A stretch of DNA of 62,409 nucleotides, the filler included, from an uncultured Methanosarcinales archaeon (lineage in GTDB: Archaea; Nanobdellota; Nanobdellia; Woesearchaeales; CAYSVS01): NCBI GenBank assembly GCA_964434475.1. It is 3 parts of 3 records of this genome, joined end to end, with 100 filler letters (N's around TTAATTAATTAA, not from the genome) between each part and the next. Parts side by side here need not be neighbours in the genome. Positions count along the whole stretch, not along the records: positions 21,428 to 42,752 come from CAYSVS010000020.1; positions 42,853 to 62,409 come from CAYSVS010000021.1; 1 more part is not named here. One strand, given 5' to 3'. The translations under genes and the position numbers were made by a program. Positions 40,134 to 48,408 of this stretch are shown here, one piece after another (positions within the stretch are counted from its first letter, which is position 1; every line of letters starts with the position of its first letter). The notes beneath the pieces are model-generated. The model was not told the DNA's origin and searched no databases. It saw only the letters and a program-made list of their open reading frames with translations.

Positions 40134-40991
40134 TCAAGAAACAATACTATTCAATATATCATTAACATATCTCATATCGCCATCATTAGCTATAACCACA
40201 TCAAATTTATCTATATAATATCTTAAGTTTTTCATCAAATTATCTAAAGAAAAATCAATTAAAGAATCATTAAAAAAACCAACTTCTATAATATTCGCAT
40301 AATCCAATCCTTGAGACATATCTTTATCGCTGATAGAATCTCCTAAAAGAAGCACAGTTTCCCTATTTTTTATTTTTTTTATATAATCCTCATTTTTAAC
40401 ATGAGAAAAATTCTTGTTCATAATATGTATCATATTTTCTTTATCATATCCTCGAGATATGCCCTCTGCATCATACTCATAAAAATTGGAAACTATGTGC
40501 AGATTAGCATTAAGCTTTTTTCTATATCTAAAAAATTCTTCAATAACATCTCCTTGGCCTGCTGAAAAAATAAGCAAAGGAATGTCGTGTGAATTTAAAG
40601 CATCTATAAAATCATAACAACCATCCCTTAATTGGATCAATTTCACTGCATCTTTGATAATGTTCTTGTTTAAGCCATATTCTACGAAAAGAGAAGAACT
40701 TTTTTCCCACCATTCTATCATCTTCTCAGTTTTTTCTTCTAAAGGCAAAGATAAATCTTTTTCAATAGGATGATAATGATCAAATAATTTATTAGTTTTT
40801 TCTAGAAATTCATCTGAAAAGTATTGTTTTTGCTTGATTATCTGAGAACTAGTATGGACAAAACCATACATAAACGCTTTGGTTAAAGTTTTGTCGAAAT
40901 CAGAAATAACATGCAAATTATTTACGCCTGCATCTCTAAAATAATCTACTTTACTGCTCAATTCTCTTCTGTTACGAATATATACCTTCAT
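40134..40991 (-). CDS. HAD hydrolase, pyrimidine 5'-nucleotidase (NT5C3/UMPH-1)-like
   Basis: LHVISDFDKTLT, YHPIE...EK..KMIEWW, FSAG.GD, IVSN and LLGDSISD..M. Confidence 0.8.
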   Translation of the reverse strand: MKVYIRNRRELSSKVDYFRDAGVNNLHVISDFDKTLTKAFMYGFVHTSSQIIKQKQYFSDEFLEKTNKLFDHYHPIEKDLSLPLEEKTEKMIEWWEKSSSLFVEYGLNKNIIKDAVKLIQLRDGCYDFIDALNSHDIPLLIFSAGQGDVIEEFFRYRKKLNANLHIVSNFYEYDAEGISRGYDKENMIHIMNKNFSHVKNEDYIKKIKNRETVLLLGDSISDKDMSQGLDYANIIEVGFFNDSLIDFSLDNLMKNLRYYIDKFDVVIANDGDMRYVNDILNSIVS

Positions 40992-41021
40992 GATGAAACA
41001 TTAAAAAAGAATACTTATAAA

Positions 41022-41363
41022 TCAAACCCTTCCATAAGAATCTTCTAATCTTACTATGTCTTCTTCATCAAACTTGCCAAAAGATATTTCTAAAACCCTT
41101 AATTCTTTATCTTTAGTCTTCATTCTATGCTTTGCTTTTTTGGGGATAAAAAAATCATCATCTTTTTTTGCAAGATATTCCTTATCATCAAGAACTATTA
41201 TACCTTCTCCTTCTATCACTCTCCATAATTCATCCCTATAATTATGATATTGATAGCTCAAGTTTGAGTTTGGTTTCACAGTAATCACTTTGACTGTTGA
41301 AACTTCGTTATCTGTGTATTGTTCAAACTTGCCCCAAGGTCTTTGTTCTGTATATTTTTTCAT
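41022..41363 (-). CDS. Mannose-6-phosphate isomerase type II C-terminal cupin domain protein
   Basis: RPWG, LSYQYH..RDE.W, KHR and EEDIVRLED.YGR. Confidence 0.88.
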   Translation of the reverse strand: MKKYTEQRPWGKFEQYTDNEVSTVKVITVKPNSNLSYQYHNYRDELWRVIEGEGIIVLDDKEYLAKKDDDFFIPKKAKHRMKTKDKELRVLEISFGKFDEEDIVRLEDSYGRV

Positions 41364-41464
41364 AATTAGGCAATATTGTGAATCCAAATAAAAACTTTTT
41401 GTCTCATAAGAGTATAATACAACATATAAAGACATATTAAAAAAGAAAAGAATTCAATGATTGT

Positions 41465-41998
41465 ATGACATATAATCTCAATTATTGGAAAAGAGTTTAT
41501 AACAAACATAAGCATAAAGCTTTATGCCTAGATATTGAGGTTGACAGGGAAGGCAATATAACTGTTGTTGGATTGTATAAACCAAAAGACGGACCTGTTG
41601 AAGCAAAATCATTTGCAAAAGGAATAAATCTTAATCATCAAACACTTAAAGAAGAATTCAAAGATTGTGAGTTGTTAATCACTTTCAACGGGCTTAAATG
41701 GGACATACCTAAAATTAAAGAAAAATTTCCAGGTGTAATGCCAAATGTAAAGGTTATCGACCTATATCTAATCGCAAGACAATTGAATTATAATACTAAC
41801 CTAAAAGTTCTGGAAAACACGATGAGAATAGAAAGACCTGAGGATTTACAGAATAAAAGAAGGATAGCGATGAAGATGTGGTATAGATACATTAAGTATA
41901 ATGATGAACAAGCATTCAATACATTAATAGAATACAACCAACAAGATGCAATAAACCTTTATCCTCTAGCAGAAGAATTGATGGCAAAGATTGAGTAA
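41465..41998 (+). CDS. RNase H-like (YprB/RNase_H_2) 3'-5' exonuclease domain protein
   Basis: LDIE, ITFNG..WDIP, IDL, LK.LE and YNQQD (DEDD-type motifs). Confidence 0.8.
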   Translation: MTYNLNYWKRVYNKHKHKALCLDIEVDREGNITVVGLYKPKDGPVEAKSFAKGINLNHQTLKEEFKDCELLITFNGLKWDIPKIKEKFPGVMPNVKVIDLYLIARQLNYNTNLKVLENTMRIERPEDLQNKRRIAMKMWYRYIKYNDEQAFNTLIEYNQQDAINLYPLAEELMAKIE

Positions 41999-42031
41999 GA
42001 TTTTTAAATATTACCATATAGTTATAATATC

Positions 42032-42715
42032 ATGAAAAAAATATTCCTAGAAGCAAGGTGTAAGAATAAGTTTTTATTGGATAAGGATAATATAGCTGTG
42101 CTTCCTAACAATGTTGGATTGTGCTCAAGTGTGCAGTTTTTGGATTCGCTTGAAGAGATAAAAACGCAGATCGAGGAAGCTGGAAAAAAAGTTGAGCTAA
42201 TCAAAGGCAAGCATTCTAAACATTGCGGACAGATTTTAGGATGCGATGTTCTTCAAGGATTAGACAAGTATGATGTTGATTGTTTCTTATACATTGGAGA
42301 TGGATTGTTCCATCCAAAAGCTTTGTTATTGAAGAATGAAAAGGATGTTTTTTCGTATAACCCTTTTACTAAAGAAATAAAACATATTTCAACACAAGAT
42401 ATTGAAAGACTGAAGAAAAAAGAAAAAGCAGCTTTAGTCAAATTCTATTCAAGCAAAGAGATTGGTGTAATAGTAACAACAAAGCCTGGGCAGTATAATA
42501 TGAAAAAAGCTCAAGATTTAGAAGAAAAATATCCTGACAAAAAGTTCTATATATTCATGTGCGACACTATTGATTTCATCCAATTAGAAAATTTTCCGTT
42601 TATAGAATGCTGGGTAAATACTGCATGCCCACGGATAAGCTATGATGATATGATGGAGATGGAAAAAACAATAGTAGATGTTGATGTGGTTAATCACAGT
42701 ATGTGCATAGCTTAG
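42032..42715 (+). CDS. dph2: Diphthamide biosynthesis protein Dph2 (short form; last codons supplied by IS end)
   Basis: GQILGCD, YIGDGLFH, TKPGQ and VNTACPRI; the C-terminal SMCIA* is encoded by the IS inverted repeat. Confidence 0.85.
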   Translation: MKKIFLEARCKNKFLLDKDNIAVLPNNVGLCSSVQFLDSLEEIKTQIEEAGKKVELIKGKHSKHCGQILGCDVLQGLDKYDVDCFLYIGDGLFHPKALLLKNEKDVFSYNPFTKEIKHISTQDIERLKKKEKAALVKFYSSKEIGVIVTTKPGQYNMKKAQDLEEKYPDKKFYIFMCDTIDFIQLENFPFIECWVNTACPRISYDDMMEMEKTIVDVDVVNHSMCIA

Positions 42716-42752
42716 ATTAGAGCTTTTAAAGAATAAAATGGGTTTTGTCCAT
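42698..42752. mobile_element. IS terminus (end B) of the same unassembled element
   Basis: AGTATGTGCATAGCT (42698-42712) preceded by AATCAC (reverse complement of GTGATT); the contig ends 55 nt into it. Confidence 0.75.
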
Positions 42753-42852
42753 NNNNNNNNNNNNNNNNNNNNNNNNNNNNNNNNNNNNNNNNNNNNTTAA
42801 TTAATTAANNNNNNNNNNNNNNNNNNNNNNNNNNNNNNNNNNNNNNNNNNNN
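42753..42852. other. Artificial contig linker
   Basis: 100 nt of N surrounding TTAATTAATTAA. Confidence 0.97.
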
Positions 42853-42907
42853 TATCAAGTAGATATATAGAGTTTACGTTTTTGCTAATTTTGCAAAGTT
42901 CCCTTTA
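42853..42907. mobile_element. Possible IS terminus (IS5-like) abutting the radB stop
   Basis: Minus strand reads TAAA-GGGAACTTTGCAAAATTAGC..., resembling IS5/IS1106-type termini; these are the first 55 nt of the contig. Confidence 0.3.
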
Positions 42908-43591
42908 TTTTTCTTCTTTTTGTATGCCTTTTTCTTCAATCCTGAAACTTATTTCCTTGCTTTCTGGCAAGAATCTATGTTTTCTTAGAATAGCTTTCCT
43001 TTGTCTTGTCTGTTCATCAAGTATTAGTTCAATAAGGCATTTGCTTCCATACTTTAGTATGTCTCCGCCAACCATGTTGAGTTTGCTTTTATCTTCAAAA
43101 TTAGCATACACTTGGTTGGTCAATATTATAGGAATGCTTTTTTTTCTTGCTATTTCTGTAAGATATGAAATTTGCTGACCAAGCTCTCTGTTTACATTGT
43201 ATATGTCGTCTGTTTTACCAAGCTCAAGCCTATAAAGCATAGCTATGCTGTCTACTACTATCATGCCTATGTTGTCATCCACAAGGTTTCTTAACCTTTC
43301 AAAAGCTTTTTTTTGTTCATCAAAACTGGTAGGATTGAAGAATATTATGTTTTCTAGTATCTGTTTGTATTCTTCACTCATCTGCTTCATTCTTTCTATG
43401 CAAAATCCTCCTTCTGTGTCTACAAAGATAACTTTTTTTCCTTTTTTAGCAATATCAAGTACAGCAGATATGCAGAAGTTTGTCTTGCCACTTCCAGAGG
43501 GTCCGTATATTGTAGTGACTATGTCTTTTTCGAAGCCTCCGTGAAGCAGATTATCTAAAACTTCATTGCCTGAAGTTGTATTATTTTTCAT
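42905..43591 (-). CDS. radB: DNA repair and recombination protein RadB
   Basis: GPSGSGKT, FVDTEGG, TNQVY and KHR motif; no RadA N-terminal domain. Confidence 0.93.
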   Translation of the reverse strand: MKNNTTSGNEVLDNLLHGGFEKDIVTTIYGPSGSGKTNFCISAVLDIAKKGKKVIFVDTEGGFCIERMKQMSEEYKQILENIIFFNPTSFDEQKKAFERLRNLVDDNIGMIVVDSIAMLYRLELGKTDDIYNVNRELGQQISYLTEIARKKSIPIILTNQVYANFEDKSKLNMVGGDILKYGSKCLIELILDEQTRQRKAILRKHRFLPESKEISFRIEEKGIQKEEK

Positions 43592-43666
43592 CAAATATTA
43601 AAATAATGTTTTATTTAAAAAGGTTTGCGATATTTTTTTAAATATATTATTAATTCTGTAAATTAT

Positions 43667-45157
43667 ATGATTTATAAGAGGGAGAAAGTATTTTTGTCAA
43701 TCATCTTTCTATTATGTTTAGCTTTAAGGTTATATTTCGCTTTTCAGACACCTTATTTTAGTTATGGCAGTGCTTATCTTGAACTTGAAAGGATAGAGTT
43801 TACATCAGATACTGGTCTGCCTATGTATATGGCAGAATCAGGTTGTTGTAATGTCCATAGTATTTATTTTCCTTTTTTTCATTATGTACTTGCTTTTTTC
43901 AGTAATATTGTTCCTCTTATTATAGCTGCAAAGATACTGCCTAATATTTTTGCATGCTCTCTTGTTTTTATAGTCTTTTTTATTGTGAAACATCTGACAA
44001 AGGACAGCGTGTCATCTTTGTTGTCTGCTCTTGTTTCTGGGTTGATTCCTGTGTATTTTACAAAAACATTTAATTCAATATCAGTGTATTCTTTGGTTAT
44101 ACCTCTTATGTTCTGCTGTTTGTTGTTTCTTATGGATATAGACAGAAAGAAAGCAGGATATTTTATTTTGTTCTTTATACTCTTAAGTTTAACATCTTCT
44201 TCAGTAATAATCTTAAGCATAGCACTATTGATATATCTTATATTTGTGAAGATTGCAATATTGAAAGAGAAAAAAACCGTGTTTGAAATAATACTTTTTA
44301 CAGTATTCTTTTCATTATGGTTAAATGTTCTCATTTATAGAAAATCTTTGCTAAAGCTTGGATATGCTTTGGTATGGAGAAACATTCCAGATATACTGCT
44401 TTCGCAATATTTCAGCCAGTTCAATATACTGGATGCTATATTCAAGATAGGATTGCTGCCTTTCTTTTTAGGCTTGTTTATAATATACAGATATATTTTT
44501 AGAGAAAGGAATAAAGATATATATCTTATTATGTCTTTCAGTCTAGGTATTCTGCTTTTACTATGGCTTAAGCTTATAGATTTAGGAATAGGTTTGTCTT
44601 TATTAGGAGTATCTCTGACAATACTTTTTGGTGTGTTTTTGCATAAGGCATATATGTATATAAGCAGGACTAAGTTTGTTTACCTTAACTTTTTTACAGT
44701 CGGTGTGGTTGTCATTATAGCACTGACTTCTCTGCTTCCTACTTTAATATATTCCTATTATGAGCTTGATAATGTTCCATCCAAAGAGATAATTGATTCT
44801 ATGGTCTGGCTTAGGGAAAACATACCTGAAGATTCTACTGTGTTGTCTACGCTGGAAGAAGGTTTTATAATAAGTGCTATCGCTGACAGGAAAAATGTAA
44901 TAAACTATGATTTTTTAAAGATAAAGAATCCTGACCAGGTATTAAAAGATATTCGCGTCATATATACTGCTCCGTATATAACTGATGTTGTAGAACTTCT
45001 TAATAAATATGATGTCAAATATATAGTTTTCTCTAAAAATGCGAAAAAGGATTATGGCATAGATTTTGTCAAGTCTTTTGACAACAATTGTTTCAAAACA
45101 GTATATGAAAAGGATGTTATTATATATAAAAACTTATGCAAGGTGGTTGAAGATTAG
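43667..45157 (+). CDS. Polytopic GT-C/AglB-like membrane protein
   Basis: About 12 TM segments, then WLRENIPEDSTVLSTLEEGFII..IADRKNV and LNKYDVKYIV, resembling the STT3/AglB C-terminal core. Confidence 0.65.
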   Translation: MIYKREKVFLSIIFLLCLALRLYFAFQTPYFSYGSAYLELERIEFTSDTGLPMYMAESGCCNVHSIYFPFFHYVLAFFSNIVPLIIAAKILPNIFACSLVFIVFFIVKHLTKDSVSSLLSALVSGLIPVYFTKTFNSISVYSLVIPLMFCCLLFLMDIDRKKAGYFILFFILLSLTSSSVIILSIALLIYLIFVKIAILKEKKTVFEIILFTVFFSLWLNVLIYRKSLLKLGYALVWRNIPDILLSQYFSQFNILDAIFKIGLLPFFLGLFIIYRYIFRERNKDIYLIMSFSLGILLLLWLKLIDLGIGLSLLGVSLTILFGVFLHKAYMYISRTKFVYLNFFTVGVVVIIALTSLLPTLIYSYYELDNVPSKEIIDSMVWLRENIPEDSTVLSTLEEGFIISAIADRKNVINYDFLKIKNPDQVLKDIRVIYTAPYITDVVELLNKYDVKYIVFSKNAKKDYGIDFVKSFDNNCFKTVYEKDVIIYKNLCKVVED

Positions 45158-46523
45158 AAAGATAATTATGTTTTCTGTGTTATTTTTTTTGCTTATCCCT
45201 CTAGTTTTGCATATCATGGATGGTCCAGCTCCTGGCTCGGAAAATTATTATGATTTAAGGGTTTCTAATCTGTATGTAGAAGGAGCAAGATATGATGCTT
45301 TGACATCAAGGGAAATAAATTTCAATCCTTATTTTTTTGTACTTGGCAACTTGTCAAAAATGATGGACGATTTGATGCTCCTTAAATTATTTCCTGTTGT
45401 TGCTGCTTTGATAAGCTCTATATTTTTGTTTATGATACTTAAAAGGGTTGAGGAGAATAAATATCTTTTTGTTATGTCTGTCTTTATTTTATCTCCTTTG
45501 TTTGTCAAATCTTTGTATATATCCTCCAGTAATTATTTTTCATTGATGCTTATGCTGCCGGCTGTTTATATCTTATTTTTTAAAGAAAATCTCAGGTTAA
45601 TCTCTTATCTTCTGTTTTTATTGCTGGCTTTTTCCCCTTTTATCAATACTCTTATTATTTTTTTGGTGTTTGTGTATTATCTATATTCGCAAAAAAAAGA
45701 AAAGGCGAAGATATCAGAATTCTTTGTTTTTTCAGCTATCCTGCTGGTCGCTGTTTTATATAATCTTTATGTTTTCCTTACAACAGAATATCTTGCAGTG
45801 GTTCCATATTTAAGCTATTCTTTTATATCTGATCTTGGTTCTTTTTTAGGATTCAGTATATTCGCTTTCATGCTTGCGTTATATTATTTGTTTTTGAATT
45901 TTGACAAGTATAAGATTTTAAGTATATATTTGTTACTTTTATTAGTATTCTCTTTTTTTCTTGGTAACAGGATAAATGTTTTTACAAATATTCTTGTTTC
46001 TTTTTTCGCAGGACTAGGTCTATATCGTATAATCAAGCTAAAATGGAAGCACAAAAATATAAAGTATCTTACACTTATCGCCATATTCTGCGGATTATTG
46101 TTGTCTTATGTCTCTATGTTGGATATGCTGGATTCCAGGGATCCTAGTCAGGATATTATTGGTGCTTTAGAATGGCTTAAGCAAAACTCAGAAAAAGACA
46201 GTCTTGTAATCAGTAGTGCAGATAATGGATTCTGGATAGAATATTTTTCTGAGAGAAAGCCTGTTATAGATCAATATTATTCAAGCTATTATTTTACCAA
46301 GATAAATAAAAGCAGTGAATTTTTTCAGACAAGGATACTTGACAATGCAAAAATATATATTGAAGAATTGGATATAGGCTATATATTGATAGATGATAAG
46401 ATGAGATCGGATATTTGGAAAAAGAAGGATCAAGGATTGTTGTTTTTGTTGAGAAATAAGGAGACATTCAGAAAGGTTTATCATAATGAAACTGTTGAAT
46501 TATGGAAAGTGATGCGAAAATGA
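45147..46523 (+). CDS. Second polytopic GT-C/AglB-like membrane protein (start uncertain, 45147-45168)
   Basis: Multiple TMs, then ALEWLKQNSEKDSLVISSADNGFWIEYFSERKPVID and IGYILID; paralogous to the upstream gene. Confidence 0.65.
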   Translation: MKIRKIIMFSVLFFLLIPLVLHIMDGPAPGSENYYDLRVSNLYVEGARYDALTSREINFNPYFFVLGNLSKMMDDLMLLKLFPVVAALISSIFLFMILKRVEENKYLFVMSVFILSPLFVKSLYISSSNYFSLMLMLPAVYILFFKENLRLISYLLFLLLAFSPFINTLIIFLVFVYYLYSQKKEKAKISEFFVFSAILLVAVLYNLYVFLTTEYLAVVPYLSYSFISDLGSFLGFSIFAFMLALYYLFLNFDKYKILSIYLLLLLVFSFFLGNRINVFTNILVSFFAGLGLYRIIKLKWKHKNIKYLTLIAIFCGLLLSYVSMLDMLDSRDPSQDIIGALEWLKQNSEKDSLVISSADNGFWIEYFSERKPVIDQYYSSYYFTKINKSSEFFQTRILDNAKIYIEELDIGYILIDDKMRSDIWKKKDQGLLFLLRNKETFRKVYHNETVELWKVMRK

Positions 46524-47749
46524 TAAATTATATCATGTGGGGAATAGCATTCTTTTCTTTGTACATATCTGTAGTATGGATAAGCTTTTTGTATCTTTTG
46601 GTAGATGAGAAAAATAAATATCTTAAAAATTATCCCAGTGTTACCATTGCAGTTCCTGCATATAATGAACAAGATACTATACTTAAGACCATAGATTCGC
46701 TGCTTAAGCTTGATTATCCAAAAGATAAGCTAAGTATAGTTGTAGTAAACGACGGTAGTAAGGACAACACTAAGGAAGTAGTTGAAGCTATGGCATCTGA
46801 AAAGGACAATGTTGATTTGATAAACAAGAAAAATGCTGGCAAGGCTGCTGCTCTGAATACTGCTCTTGAAAAATGCTCTACTGAGCTTTTTGGATGTGTT
46901 GATGCGGATTCATATGTAGATAAAGATGCGTTAAGGAATATTCTTCCTTATTTTGGTATGAATAATACAGCATCTGTGATAAGCGCTATAAAGGTGAACA
47001 AAGCGAAAAATATATATGAGAAATTGCAGAAATTTGAGTATCTTATTGCTATATTATCGCGGAAATTGATGGCGTCTATCGAAACATTGGCTATGACTCC
47101 TGGAGTATTAAGTTTGTATAAGACAAAGATACTTAAAAATATAGGGTGTTTTGATGAAGGCAACATAACAGAAGATTTTGAGATAGCATTGAGGCTTAAG
47201 TTCCATAAATATAATATCCGTATTGCAGAGGAAGCGATAACATATACTAATGTGCCTCCTGATTTCATGACATTGTGGCGGCAAAGAATAAGATGGTACA
47301 GAGGTTTTATCGATAACCATGTAAAGTATAAAGACATGTTCTTTTCTAGAAAGCATGGGCTTATGGGTTTTTTTCAGCTGCCTTTGAACATACTTGGTGT
47401 TGTGCTGCTTATCGTAGGAGTAATATTTATAAGTTATGAATTGATAAGAATATTTTATGAGTTTCTGCTGCGTAATTTGGTGATAAAAAATTATCTTTTA
47501 AATTATGTTTTTGAAATTCCTTCTTTTAAAGATCTCATTTTAGGTCATAATATGAAGATAATGTTTCCGATATATATAGCGACTTTAGCAGGATTATATC
47601 TTTTTTATGTTGCTCATAAGATGAATGATGAAAAACTTAGGAACCCTGTATCTATCTGGGCATATTTTTTCTTGCTGCCGTATCTTACATGCGTGCATTG
47701 GATAGGTGCGATATTAGAGCATATTTTTGGAGTGAAAAAAAAATGGTAG
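46520..47749 (+). CDS. Processive GT2 glycosyltransferase (PgaC/cellulose-synthase-like)
   Basis: PAYNE, NDGSKD, NAGKAAALN, DADS, TED and RQRIRW (QxxRW); flanking TMs. Confidence 0.9.
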   Translation: MINYIMWGIAFFSLYISVVWISFLYLLVDEKNKYLKNYPSVTIAVPAYNEQDTILKTIDSLLKLDYPKDKLSIVVVNDGSKDNTKEVVEAMASEKDNVDLINKKNAGKAAALNTALEKCSTELFGCVDADSYVDKDALRNILPYFGMNNTASVISAIKVNKAKNIYEKLQKFEYLIAILSRKLMASIETLAMTPGVLSLYKTKILKNIGCFDEGNITEDFEIALRLKFHKYNIRIAEEAITYTNVPPDFMTLWRQRIRWYRGFIDNHVKYKDMFFSRKHGLMGFFQLPLNILGVVLLIVGVIFISYELIRIFYEFLLRNLVIKNYLLNYVFEIPSFKDLILGHNMKIMFPIYIATLAGLYLFYVAHKMNDEKLRNPVSIWAYFFLLPYLTCVHWIGAILEHIFGVKKKW

Positions 47750-48408
47750 AAAAAAAATTCAAAAAGCATATTTTGGTAACTTTGACAATCATAATGTTTT
47801 TTATTTTTGTTTCTGGATTGATCATAGGCCAGAATTTTGGTAGATCCGGCTTAAGCGGTATAGAGAAGATGATAACCGATTCTGAGTTGAACACTGAATC
47901 TTTTCTTATAGAACAAGAGTTGATGAAAGAGATTACAGAAAGCAACTGTGTTTTTGCAAAAACCAGGTTGGATGAGTTGAATGACGAATTAGCTGAAATA
48001 GGAAATATGCTTTCAGCAGAAAATGCAAGACAGAAAATAGGGGATGGTTCATATGATGTTCTAAAAAGGAAGTTCCATCTTATGCAGATTAGGACTTATA
48101 TTATTTATTATAGCCTGGCTAAAGAGTGTGATATAGGGAATAATATTGTTCTTTTTTATTACGGGGCAGATGATGAGCATTCAAAACTTCAAGGGAATAT
48201 TCTTGATAGATTAGTCGATGATTATGATATTAAGGTGTTTGCGATAGAATATAATTACTCTGCTGAACTTGATTTTTTACAGGAATATTATAATATAACT
48301 GAAACGCCTTCTATAGTGCTTAATTATAATTCTACTTTTGATGGATTGGCGCTATACACAGATATTAAAGAGAAAATGAATATGGATTTAAGTGAAAAAG
48401 AAGAATGA
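47743..48408 (+). CDS. Membrane-anchored protein with thioredoxin-like C-terminal domain
   Basis: N-terminal TM, helical region, VLFYY...S..QG.ILD...YNITETPSIV. Confidence 0.65.
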   Translation: MVEKKFKKHILVTLTIIMFFIFVSGLIIGQNFGRSGLSGIEKMITDSELNTESFLIEQELMKEITESNCVFAKTRLDELNDELAEIGNMLSAENARQKIGDGSYDVLKRKFHLMQIRTYIIYYSLAKECDIGNNIVLFYYGADDEHSKLQGNILDRLVDDYDIKVFAIEYNYSAELDFLQEYYNITETPSIVLNYNSTFDGLALYTDIKEKMNMDLSEKEE

